The notes beneath the pieces are model-generated. The model was not told the DNA's origin. It did no database searches and saw only the letters and a program-made list of their open reading frames with translations. A stretch of 64,000 nt of DNA from Eledone cirrhosa (Eukaryota). Position numbers and translations under genes: made by a program. Shown piece by piece: positions 52,304 through 63,985 of the stretch (the stretch's first letter is position 1; each line of letters opens with the position of its first letter). The stretch covers positions 199,206,001 through 199,270,000 of the forward strand of contig OZ024743.1 in the NCBI GenBank assembly GCA_964016885.1, written 5' to 3'.

Positions 52304-52348
<45 letters not shown>

Positions 52349-52388
52349 ACATATATATATGTGTACGTATATATATATATATATATGC

Positions 52389-52425
<37 letters not shown>

Positions 52426-52435
52426 TGTGTGTGTG

Positions 52436-52501
<66 letters not shown>

Positions 52502-52911
52502 TATATATATAATATATATATAGGTGTGCACATGACAGGGAATTTGTTGGGATTCCTCCTATCTAAGCATGATCAACATGTATCTACCAGAGGGCGTATT
52601 AGTTCATATTGAGTTATCACCCTTCTAATGTTCTCACTAATCCTGATAACAATAATGAAATCAAATGAAATAAATTGAAATACAAAACTAAAACAAAACA
52701 ATATTACATGTTTTGTGGTACAAGATTACTGAAAACAAAAGTTTTTCTTAGGAATCGAGTTTAGAAATAAAACTATTGCGATAAGTATATGGATTTCTAG
52801 AACATTATATATTTATATGTGTATATATGTATGCTGATATATATATACACATACAGATATAGACATATGTGTGTATATATTAATATATATATATACGTAT
52901 ATATAGATATA

Positions 52912-53620
52912 AAAAATGAAATTTCATTTCTCACTCTTAGTACGGCTGATACTTAAATCTAAGTATGTATACATACATACATATATGTGTACAGATGTAC
53001 ACTAGTATGTATATACATACATATATGGACACATATATATATATGTACATATGTGGGTTTACCAAACATTTATTATAATACTCGGTACATACGTACATAT
53101 ATATATATATATGTGCATGTATGTATGTATATACATACTAGTGTACGTCTGTATACATATACGTATGTACGTATACATACTTATATTTAAGAATTAGCCA
53201 TACTACGAGTGAGAACTGAAATTCCATTTTTTACATTTATCGTTTTCGGTACGCCCAGACGACTAACTCACTTGATATGTAAATTAGGCTTCTCAGCCGT
53301 TAATATGCATAAGGAAAGTATATACTTTCAAACGTTTAATTGATTGACAGGAAGGTATACGATGCTGATGACAGCTAATAAGCTTGAAACTAGTTCATCG
53401 TTCCTTACTCAGTGTTGAACAAAAAGGTGAAGATGGTTGCCGAACACTGTACGGCGTAATTCGGGCTGTTTGTTTACAAACAAACCCAGCATTATAATAA
53501 ATGTTCAGTTAACCCATACGTACATATATATATATATATATGTGTGCATGTATGTATGTATATATACATACTAGTGTACGTCTGTATACATATATGTATA
53601 TACGTATACATACTTATACA
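52912..53620 (+). mobile_element. HHR-bearing mini-element: inverted 5' segment plus 427-bp unit plus partial second unit
   Basis: catacgtacat...actagtgtacgtctgtatac starts at 53088 and again at 53515; 52912-53085 is an inverted copy spanning the unit junction. Confidence 0.8.
53359..53401 (+). ncRNA. Minimal type I hammerhead ribozyme
   Basis: acgatg-CTGATGA-c agct aata agct t-GAAA-ctag-TT-catcgt; perfect 6-bp stem I and palindromic stem III. Confidence 0.85.
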
Positions 53621-53933
53621 TATATGTATATACGTATACATACTTATACATATATATATATGTACATATATATATACATAAATGTATATGTACATATATA
53701 TATATATATATATATATGTACATATATATATATATACATAAATATATATGTACATATATATATACATATATATATATACATAAATATATGTATATACATA
53801 TATATATATACATAAATATATATGTACATATATATATACATGTATATATATATATATATATGGACATATATATATACCTATATATATCTATATATATATA
53901 TGTATATATATATATACATATATATATATGTAC

Positions 53934-53966
<33 letters not shown>

Positions 53967-53972
53967 CATACA

Positions 53973-54006
<34 letters not shown>

Positions 54007-54107
54007 CATACATGTATATATATATATATATACATGTATATATATATATATGTACATATATATATATATATGTACATATATATATATATGTACATATATA
54101 TATATAT

Positions 54108-54597
54108 GCGTATGAAGGATGACAGCTGCATAAAAAGGTGCAGAGCACTAGAAGTTGATGGAAACCGCGGAGTGGGGAGACCCAAGATGACTTGGGATGA
54201 GGTGATAAAAGCCGACCTTACCCAACTACACCTCTCAAAGTCAATGACACACGACCGTGACTTCTGGCGTCACGCAGTAATACAGGGTACCCGACCTCCC
54301 ATGGGTACATGCTGAAGCATATAATCAATATGCCCCCCCCGTGGAGGTGCCACGGCAAAAAAGCACCCAGCCCACACTGTAAAGTGGACGTGTAGGCGCC
54401 ACGAAAAAGCACCCAGCACTCACTGTAAATGAGGTTGGTGTTAGGAAGGGCATCCAGATGTAGAAATCAAGCCAGATCAGTTCCTGTATGAGCAAGGCAT
54501 GGTCATCCGACCAGACACTGCCCACAACAGGACAACCCGTCTAACCCATGCTAGCGTGGAAGAACGGACGTAAAACGGTGATGATGATGATGATGAT
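54108..54597 (+). mobile_element. 5'-truncated RTE LINE 3' end
   Basis: [11 protein letters not shown]...[11 protein letters not shown]; UTR closely matches 42335-42870; (ATG)n tail. Confidence 0.92.
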
Positions 54598-54745
54598 GTA
54601 CATGTATATATGTGTGTGTCCGCATGTATCTGTGTGTTTCTAAATATATTGTTATATATATATATGTACATATATATATATACATATATATATATATACA
54701 TATATATATACATATATATATATACATGTATATATATATATATAT

Positions 54746-54786
<41 letters not shown>

Positions 54787-54817
54787 TATATATATACATA
54801 TATATATATATATGTAC

Positions 54818-54851
<34 letters not shown>

Positions 54852-54855
54852 GTAC

Positions 54856-54936
<81 letters not shown>

Positions 54937-54997
54937 TATATATATATACATATATATATATATATGTACATATATATATATACATATATATATGTAC

Positions 54998-55035
<38 letters not shown>

Positions 55036-55061
55036 GTACATATATATATATATATATGTAC

Positions 55062-55097
<36 letters not shown>

Positions 55098-55290
55098 GTA
55101 CATATATATATACATATATATATATATGTACATATATATATATACATACATATATATATAAGGGAGAGAATTGGGAGTGTGTAACACTCCACTTATCAAA
55201 TAGAGAGTATATGGTTAGCTCAATGTCAGAGGACAGAGCCGTAATACAATTAACAACAAAGAGCGCTTAGAACATAGGTATATCTTTAAT

Positions 55291-55336
55291 TGCTAACAGT
55301 GTTTCGTCCACACTAGAAGTGGGACTCTTCAGAGCA
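55291..55336 (-). ncRNA. Type I hammerhead ribozyme in a roughly 210-bp insert (55160-55370)
   Basis: tgct-CTGAAGA-gtcc cac ttcta gtg t ggac-GAAA-cactg-TT-agca; stem I is extended by tcttta/taaaga. Confidence 0.85.
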
Positions 55337-55393
55337 TAAAGAGTAAATACAAAGTGTACAAGCATTGACATATATATATATATATGTACATAA

Positions 55394-56100
55394 TATAGCT
55401 CTGATTTATCTGAATTATTGAGCCCTCTGCCACTCATGTCGAATTTTGTTTATCGTGAACTCGTGCGCCGATTTTTCGATACTCGATTATTCTACTATAT
55501 TTAGCTCTAGACTTAGCTATTGACCAGTTAATTTTATTGTTCATTTTTTGTCGATTCTATTAAATGATGAATAGCTCCTGTTTATTTTAACATGTCTATT
55601 GAGCACTCTTATTCGATATGTGATTTTCCACATTCCCGAATATTTTTCGCGGATATAGAGGTTATCTCCCTTGCTGGATTCCATGTGCGTTTTCAGCTAG
55701 GGTTGGCTTTTTTATTCGTCTGGACAAAGCTCGTTGATAAAGTATTTCCTATCCGCCGCTCTCTAGAAGTCTTATATATTTTTATGTGGGCTGATAGTGG
55801 GCGGTTTAAGGATTTACAGAAACCCAAGAAGCTAGATTTACCATCTTTCTAGTGGGTCCGGGTAAGCTTTTTACGTTCACATGATTTATTGATTTATTGA
55901 TATTTTATCTGAGTGACCCGAATCTTCCTGATCGTAATTTTTCGGTCGTATGGTTGATTTTAGACATAATCTATGTGTGTTGATATTTTAACGATAGTTA
56001 TAGCTCTGATTTATCTGAATTATTGAGCCCTCTGCCACTCATGTCGAATTTTGTTTATCGTGAACTCGTGCGCCGATTTTTCGATACTCGATTATTCTAC
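55394..56100. mobile_element. 707-bp unclassified element with identical 102-bp terminal direct repeats, in (TA)n
   Basis: 55394-55495 equals 55999-56100; CpG-rich relative to the flanks; no recognisable ORF. Confidence 0.75.
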
Positions 56101-56101
56101 C

Positions 56102-56133
<32 letters not shown>

Positions 56134-56229
56134 GTACATATATATATATATGTACATATATATATATATATATATATGTACATATATATATATATATGTA
56201 CATATATATGTACATATATATATATGTAC

Positions 56230-56272
<43 letters not shown>

Positions 56273-56637
56273 TGTACATATATATATATATGTACATATA
56301 TATATGTATATATATATATGTACATATATATATGTACATATATATATGTACATATATATATATACATATATATATATGTACGTACATATATATATATATG
56401 TACATATATATATATATGTACATATATATATATATATATGTACATATATATATACATATATATATACATATATATATATATGTACATATATATATATATA
56501 CATATATATATACATATATATATACATATATATATACATATATATATATACACATATATATATACATATATATATATACACACATATATATACATATATA
56601 TATATATACACATATATATATACATATATATATGTAT

Positions 56638-57332
56638 ATCATCATCATCATCATCAGGTTTAGCGTCCGTGTTCCACGCTTGCATGGGTTTGGACGGGGG
56701 TTTTCCCACTTGAGGCAAGAGTGGTTGTCTTGCTCGCATAGGACTGTCTGGCGGGTTTTCTACAGTTGGATGCCCATCCTAACACCAACCACATTTACAG
56801 TGTGGGGCTGGGAGGTTTTTACCGTGTTGCCTACACGGCCACATTACAGCGTGGACTGTCTGGCGGGTTTTCTACAGCTGTATGCCCTTCCTAACACCAA
56901 CCACATTTACAGTGTGGGGCTGGGAGGTTTTTACCGTGTTGCCTACACGGCCACATTTACAGCGTGGACTGTGTGTTTTTTTGTCGTGACAACTACACGA
57001 TCTCATTTCTTTCGGCCTGGATGTTGTGGGACCAACATAACTTTACATTGAAAGGGGCGGTGTGGATGGGGTAGAGGTGGTGGGACGGGGGGGTGCTTTG
57101 ATAGAGATGCCTACTGACTGTAGTAGGTTTTTACTTTGTATTTAGGTAAGGCGGGTCTTCTCTATTACTGAGTACCGCCAAAGATCTCGGTCCAGTGACA
57201 TTGTCTTGGAGAGGTGTAAGCGTGTGAGGTCGGAATTTATCAGCTCGTCCCATGTTTTTCTGGGTCTGCCTACTCCGTGGCTACCGTCTATCTTTATTGC
57301 CCTGTACTTTGTTATACAGCTGTCGTCTTTCA
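56638..57332 (-). mobile_element. 5'-truncated RTE LINE 3' end with a tandem duplication in the UTR
   Basis: MKDDSCITKYRA...GRPRKTWDEL...KTRLT*; a UTR block of about 110 bp is duplicated (56742 and 56853). Confidence 0.92.
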
Positions 57333-57443
57333 TGTATATATATATATGTATATATATATGTATATATATATGTATATATATATATGTATACATATATATA
57401 TACATATATATATACATATATATATATACATATATATATATAC

Positions 57444-58825
57444 AAACTTAAAAGAACCAACACGGCTCTCTCAGAACTCATATGGTCCTTGAAAGACAAA
57501 AACATTAAATATACCATCTTTTGGAAGAAGGTTTCTTCTGCATCCTCATACTTGAACAGCTCTCTATCTAAAATCTGTAATCTCTGCCTAAATGAAAAAT
57601 TTAGCATTATCTCTAACCTAGATTCTATAATAAATAGACGTACAGATTTGTTTTCTATCTGCCTGCATAAATTCCATAGGACTTTTCACAAAGTATACAG
57701 TTAATATTCAATTCTTTATCAATTTAGAATCTTTTCTCAAAGGCACATATACATACACCTCTTTAAAATATACCCATCTTCCTACCTTACTTTAAAGGGC
57801 ATTATACACTCTATAATACTTGTTTACCCTCTTTCTATCTTCACCTTGTAAAATCCTTCATAACATATACATTTGTTTTTTTGACGTTAGAATATTCATC
57901 CGCAATCATTATTATTTTTTCTCTCTATCATAAAACTTTTTAATCTCAATTTCATCCTTAATTTTTTTTTTTTTCTCCCCATCAACGAACTCATTCTTAA
58001 TACATATTAACTCTTTATTCGCATATATTATCAATTCCTTCAATATACAAACTTTAACTTCACATTATTTTTCTCAAATCCTTCTACACACAAACCTTAA
58101 TAATTTTTCTCTTCGTTAATTTTGAAATTGCCACAATACTTATCAACATACACTTTTTTTGACGTTAGAATATTCATCCACAATTATTATTTTTTCTCTC
58201 TATCTTCATACATAAATTCCCTTCGTTAATTTTCAAATTCCTTTAATTTATACATTATCTTCCAACGGTTCTCAACCTCTCTATGCAAAAACAATATATC
58301 TTTTTCTCAGTTATAAAAACTATCTCTTTCTCTCTATCACCCATCTCTCCCTCTCCACCTTCACTCTCATCTCCTCCCCCTTTTTTCATCCTTTCCACCC
58401 CCCCCTCCCTAAATAAAATATTTTTTCCTCGCACATATCCTCCCTTCGTTAATTTTCAAATTCTTTTAATTTATACATTATCTTCCAACGGTTTTCAACC
58501 TCTCTATGTAAAACAATATATCTCCTCTCAGTTATAAAAACTATCTCTTTCTCTCTATCACCCATCTCTCCCTCTCATCTCCTCCCCTTTTTCATCCTTC
58601 CCCCCCCTCTCTAAATAAAATATTTTTCCCAATATCACACATCAATCTAAAACCACTTTTCATATGTTGATTTAAAACTGCACTATCCACAAGTGTTTTT
58701 TAGCCTTCATATCATGTTCTCCTGTTTTATCTGATGAAAACACAAATATTATTGCATGATGATGTTTGTTTTTGAAATGCGCATAATAAAATACATGGAA
58801 CTCCTTTAACCATCTTTTGATCTTA
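57444..58825 (+). mobile_element. 5'-truncated Penelope-like (Neptune-type) element: GIY-YIG endonuclease C-terminus, long 3' UTR, terminal HHR
   Basis: TALSELIWSLKDKNIKYTIFWKKV...CNLCLNEKFSII...INRRTDLFSICLH* (stop at 57702-57704); UTR with internal duplications; flanked by (TA)n. Confidence 0.85.
58723..58793 (+). ncRNA. Type I hammerhead ribozyme of the Penelope-like element
   Basis: tgttttat-CTGATGA-aaac acaaatattatt gcat gatgatgtttgt tttt-GAAA-tgcgca-TA-ataaaata; 12-bp stem II with G-U pairs; palindromic stem III. Confidence 0.88.
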
Positions 58826-58847
58826 TATTATACATATATATATATAC

Positions 58848-58902
<55 letters not shown>

Positions 58903-58915
58903 TATATGTATATAC

Positions 58916-58946
<31 letters not shown>

Positions 58947-58957
58947 CATATATATAT

Positions 58958-59212
58958 TGTTATACTTTGGGAGGGTCATGTTGCCAATAAGAAACACACG
59001 CACCAGTTGCTTTCACTTCAATTTATTATAATAAATTTATAATAAATTTATATATTTCTGGTCGGTTGGTTGGTTCCACAACCAGATAGTTGTTTATATA
59101 TTGTCATAGTTCTTTCGTCACACACTCTGTGACCTCTTCAGTGACAGGGGATTCCTTTCTTTGTTTTTGTGCCTCTCCTTTGTTCTGTCCTACGCCAAAT
59201 TCAGAAACGAAA
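58958..59212 (-). mobile_element. 255-bp HHR-bearing mini-element in (TA)n
   Basis: Sharp (TA)n borders; same ends as the 33701-33748 derivative. Confidence 0.75.
59102..59146 (-). ncRNA. Minimal type I hammerhead ribozyme
   Basis: tgtca-CTGAAGA-g gtcaca gagtg tgtgac-GAAA-gaac-TA-tgaca; perfect stems I and II, minimal stem III. Confidence 0.82.
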
Positions 59213-59213
59213 T

Positions 59214-59266
<53 letters not shown>

Positions 59267-59267
59267 C

Positions 59268-59298
<31 letters not shown>

Positions 59299-59337
59299 CA
59301 TATATATACATATATATATATATATACATATATATAC

Positions 59338-59386
<49 letters not shown>

Positions 59387-59398
59387 CATATATACATT

Positions 59399-59450
<52 letters not shown>

Positions 59451-59452
59451 AA

Positions 59453-59500
<48 letters not shown>

Positions 59501-59576
59501 CATATGTACATATATATACATATATACATGTAATATATATATATATATATGTACATATATATATATATACATGTAA

Positions 59577-59630
<54 letters not shown>

Positions 59631-59643
59631 TATATATGTTTAC

Positions 59644-59674
<31 letters not shown>

Positions 59675-60454
59675 ACATATATATTTATATATAATTGTAT
59701 ATGTATATATATATATATATATAGAGAGAGAGACAAATAGTGAAATGATGATACATATATGTACCTGTATATATATAAATATGTATATACATTTATATAT
59801 AAACATACACGTTTATAAATTTGTATATTTTCATGTACATGTATACATAATGTATGTGTATGTGTGCGTGTGTGTAAAATAACACAAGACATTTCCTCCA
59901 AATTATTATTACAGTGGCATATGTAAGTATATATATAGATATGTATGTATATGTATGTATATATACACTTATATATATATACTTACATATCTACCTACCT
60001 ACACACATATACACATACACACATACATGCCACACTCATACATACATGCCTACAATCAAATAGACATTCATACAAATATACATACATACACATATACACA
60101 CACACATACAAAAATAAGTTCGTCCATGCCTATACTTAAACATATATACAGATATATTCTGAAATACAAGAAATGTATGTATAAAATTATAAATTTCTAT
60201 AGAAACAACAAATTTTGGCTTCGCACGGAAAACAATCGCTATTTCTTGAGTATTATGCATTGTTTTTGGACAACAGAGAGAAGAAACTTGCCTAAGGTCA
60301 GCAAATTAATAAGAAAAGATAGGCTGTCATTTTATGGTGCTATTGATAAACATTGACAAAGCCAACACAGGCAAATTCACTTAAGCCTCTAGATTAATAA
60401 AAGTATATAGATATATATCTGAAGTATAAGGATTTAGATGCTATGCTATGTGCA

Positions 60455-60517
<63 letters not shown>

Positions 60518-60695
60518 ATTTATTTATATATATTCCACACCAACGCAAAACACACACACATATAAAGACTCTTTTCCTACTTATCAAATGAAAACTAATA
60601 ATATATTTCTTCATTGTACTGTATTGTTTGCTTTGTTATTTCTGTTTGCCTTTTGCATACATACATTATATATACATATATACATATATATATAC

Positions 60696-60748
<53 letters not shown>

Positions 60749-60785
60749 CATATATATATACATACATATATACATACATACATAT

Positions 60786-60818
<33 letters not shown>

Positions 60819-60960
60819 CATACATTATATATATATATACATCATCATCATCGTTTAACGTCTATCTTCCACGCTAGCATGGGTTTAGAACATCCATATA
60901 TACATACATACATATATATATACATAGATTATCATGATGATGATGATATATATATATATA
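59213..60960. repeat. (TA)n, (CA)n and (TG)n microsatellite-dominated region
   Basis: Direct reading. Confidence 0.9.
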
Positions 60961-61074
60961 TATCATCATCCTCGTTTAAGTACCGTTTTTCCGCGCTAGC
61001 ATGGGTTAGCTCATCAGTTGTCCCGTTTTGAGACAAGTCAGATCTGATGACCATGTCTTGCTCAAACAGAACTC

Positions 61075-61332
61075 TTTCATTTCATTCATTTCATTTCATT
61101 TTACATCCGCTTTTTCCCTGCTAGCAAGGGTGGGACGGGAACTATATCTGGCTTGATTTCTACAGCTGGATGCCCTTCCTAACACCAACTTCATTTACAG
61201 TGAGTGCTGGATGCTTTTTTGCCATGGCACCTCCACGACCACTTTGCAATGGAATGATATGGACCCCAGTCCACAACTCACAACCTTTCGATTGCAAGGC
61301 CAATGCTCTAACCACTAAACCATGTGCCTCCA
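61075..61332 (-). mobile_element. Family-2 SINE with RTE tail, central domain deleted
   Basis: Head and tail match 44910-45261; the CORE-like block is absent. Confidence 0.8.
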
Positions 61333-61339
61333 TATGCCT

Positions 61340-61860
61340 TTTTCTGTCTTGATTTCTATTACTGGATACCCTTCCTAACAGCAACCATATTTACAGTATG
61401 GAGACTGGGCTCTTTTATCATTGCACCAACATAATCACTTTACAGTGTAGGCTTGGTGCTTTTGTCATGTCGCCATCGAAACCACTTTACAGCGTGGGCT
61501 AGGTATTGTTGTATCCCTAACAAGACCATCTTACAAGGCAGATTGGCTGCTCTTTCTCATGGCACCAGCCTGACCATTCCAAAGGGTGAACCAGGTACCT
61601 TCTCTCATACCACCACAAGAACACTTTACAGGACAGACTGTGTGTCATGCCACAAATATGACAATCATACAGGGTTAACTGGTTACTTTGTCATTTCACC
61701 AGCACAATTGCCTGCAATGAGGCCTAGGTGTTCTTTTGTCATGTTACTGTATGATGGGAGGCTAGGTGCTCTTTTCTCATGATAGACTAGAGCACCTTAC
61801 ATGATAGACTAGAAGCTTTTGTTGTGTCACCAGCATGACCACCTTACAGGGTGAACTGAG
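61340..61860 (-). repeat. Degenerate tandem units of about 38-40 bp derived from the RTE 3' UTR
   Basis: Repeated cactttacag.gtg.gct.ggtgct.tttt.tcat motif following ggatacccttcctaacagcaacc. Confidence 0.6.
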
Positions 61861-61977
61861 ATTTTTAGCCATTTTATATATATGTGTGTGTGTGTGCGTT
61901 CCAGCTCACACCTATGCAGGTTTAGCTGGCCTCCTCCAAGGTATATCTCGTTGGAGGTGTCTTGGGTAATTTTATGA

Positions 61978-62134
61978 TAGGGTCCCCAGTCCTATCATCT
62001 CATTTCTACAGCTGAGTAAACTGGAGCAATGTGAAATGAAGTGTCTTGCTCAAGGAAACAACACATCACCCGATCCGAGAATTGAACCTTTCGATTGCAA
62101 GTCCAATGCTCTAACCACTAAGCCATGCGCCTTC
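61978..62134 (-). mobile_element. Family-2 SINE 5' half
   Basis: Near-identical to 45100-45261. Confidence 0.85.
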
Positions 62135-62148
62135 ACATATGTATATGC

Positions 62149-62193
<45 letters not shown>

Positions 62194-62894
62194 TTTCTGT
62201 GTGTGTTTTGTTTTGGTAATGGTATGTCCTTGTACTGAATATGTCTTTATAAAATAGACTTTATAGATTATGCCATATACTATTGTCGTCTTGTTCTTCT
62301 TTTGATAAACATTGGTGCTTGTGAGTGCTCTGAATGTATTTGTGTCCTGTTTTGGTGCAGATATTAGGTACCTTTCAACAATAATCCATGTTGACTTAAC
62401 AATCCAAAATGTAGTTTACTATAGTTAATGTTTTGTGTTGTTCCAGATGTGTTCAATATTTTATTTATAGATGTTGTCTCGTCCTTCTTTTGACAACCTT
62501 TAATGAGTGAAAATGTTCTGGGTGTATTTGAATTGTGTCACATTTTAGTGTAGGTGTTAGGTACCTTTTAACAGTACTCTATATTGACTTAACCATACAA
62601 GATGCAGTTTACTAAAGCTAGTATTTTCTGTTCAATATTTTATTTCTGAGTGAAAAATTACCATGAAAAGATACAAAAAAAAAAAACGTAAAACAATATA
62701 CTTATAAAACAAGCAAATACTAGCAGTAGTAGCAGCAGCAGTAGCAGCATCAACAGCGGGAACAGCAACACTGAAATAAAGAAAATATAAACACAATAAA
62801 AAAACAAAACTTTGCTGCAAAAACAATATTATAAAGAGTTACTAGAAATATTCTAATCTGAAATATTTAAACAATGCATACTCTGGTGTGATAT

Positions 62895-63105
62895 AATGGT
62901 AGGAGGGGGTGATGTTTGGTAGTGGTGGTGGTGGTGGAGGTAGCAGTGGTGGCGGTGGTGAAGGTAGCAGGGGGGTAGCAGTGGTGATGGTGGCGGTGGT
63001 GGTGAAGGTAGCAGTGGTGATGGCGGGGTGGAGGTGGTGGCGGTGGTGTAGGTAGCAGTGGTGATGCTGGTGGTGGTATGGTGTTGGTGGTTCTGGGTAG
63101 CAGTA
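62895..63105. repeat. (GGT)n degenerate microsatellite
   Basis: Direct reading. Confidence 0.9.
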
Positions 63106-63717
63106 AGAAATGCACCTCATAGAGTGTATATCCTTTAATGCCTGTAAGCAGGGAATTCTTCAATGAGGGAATCTTTTTGTGGGAATTTGTGTCTGTTTGC
63201 TTTTGCTGTGTATATGTTTATTTGTATTTATCTGTGATCGTGTGTGTATTTGTGTGTGCGCGTGTATGTATGCATGCATATTGTATGTATATGTGGTTAC
63301 AGTTTGCTGCAGATGGAAATTCTGTTATTTTTTTCTTTTGATTATGTGAAACATGGCTTCAGTTTTCTTTATCATTGCCTATTCCTTTCTCATTCTTTTT
63401 ATCATTCTTTTGTTTTTGTCCTTTCCTTTTTCGTTCCTTTCTTTATCCTTTATCTTTTCCTAATATTTCTTTCTCACTTTTTCCTTGTTCTCTCACTTTT
63501 CTTCTTTACCCATTTTCCATCTCCAGCTTCGCCCCCTCTCTATAAATACATGTATAACTAAAGCGTACATATTTTCTCTTGTTGATACTTACATACATAG
63601 TTTTCCTTTCTCTTCCCTTAATCTATCACTATTTTTCTCATCATTTTAGTATTCCTTTTGTTTATATAATCTACCATTTTAAATCTCATTTGTTTAATGG
63701 TTAGTAAAGGAGGAAGT

Positions 63718-63985
63718 CTAAAGTTTGTCTTAGGCTCATTTGGCCAGTGCTCGTCCTGGTTTCATGGCGTGAAGTGACTGAGAGTACAAAACTTCACCCC
63801 TGGACAGGACGCCAATCCATCGCAGGGTTAAACTTCCAACTATTGCTGGTACTCATTTTCAGCTGAGTATATCGGAGCAACGTGAAATGAAGTGTTTTGC
63901 TCACGAACAAAACACGCAACCCAGGAATCGAACCCACGATGTTATGATCGTAAGTCTAACACCAAAGGAAGAAGAGCCGTGCCTA
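63718..63985 (-). mobile_element. Family-2-related SINE with a different 3' tail
   Basis: Minus-strand B box gggttcgattcc, CORE-like cacttcatttcacgttgctcc, then gcgatggattggcgtcctgtccagggg. Confidence 0.75.

Larger units (their letters stand above)
53620..56636. repeat. Long GTAC/CA-punctuated (TA)n arrays hosting several inserts
   Basis: Arrays at about 53620-54107, 54650-55160 and 56101-56636. Confidence 0.95.

Noticed and set aside
55675-55727. Possible HHR in the 102-bp direct-repeat element (cagacga...gaaa, minus strand)
   Set aside because: Core U4 is absent and neither stem I nor stem III can be formed.
52243-61031. Dozens of long YIYI/CVCV ORFs (also at 19.6-20.4, 27-28.4 and 45.2-45.9 kb)
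   Set aside because: They are translations of (TA)n and (TG)n microsatellites, which lack stop codons; there is no coding signal.
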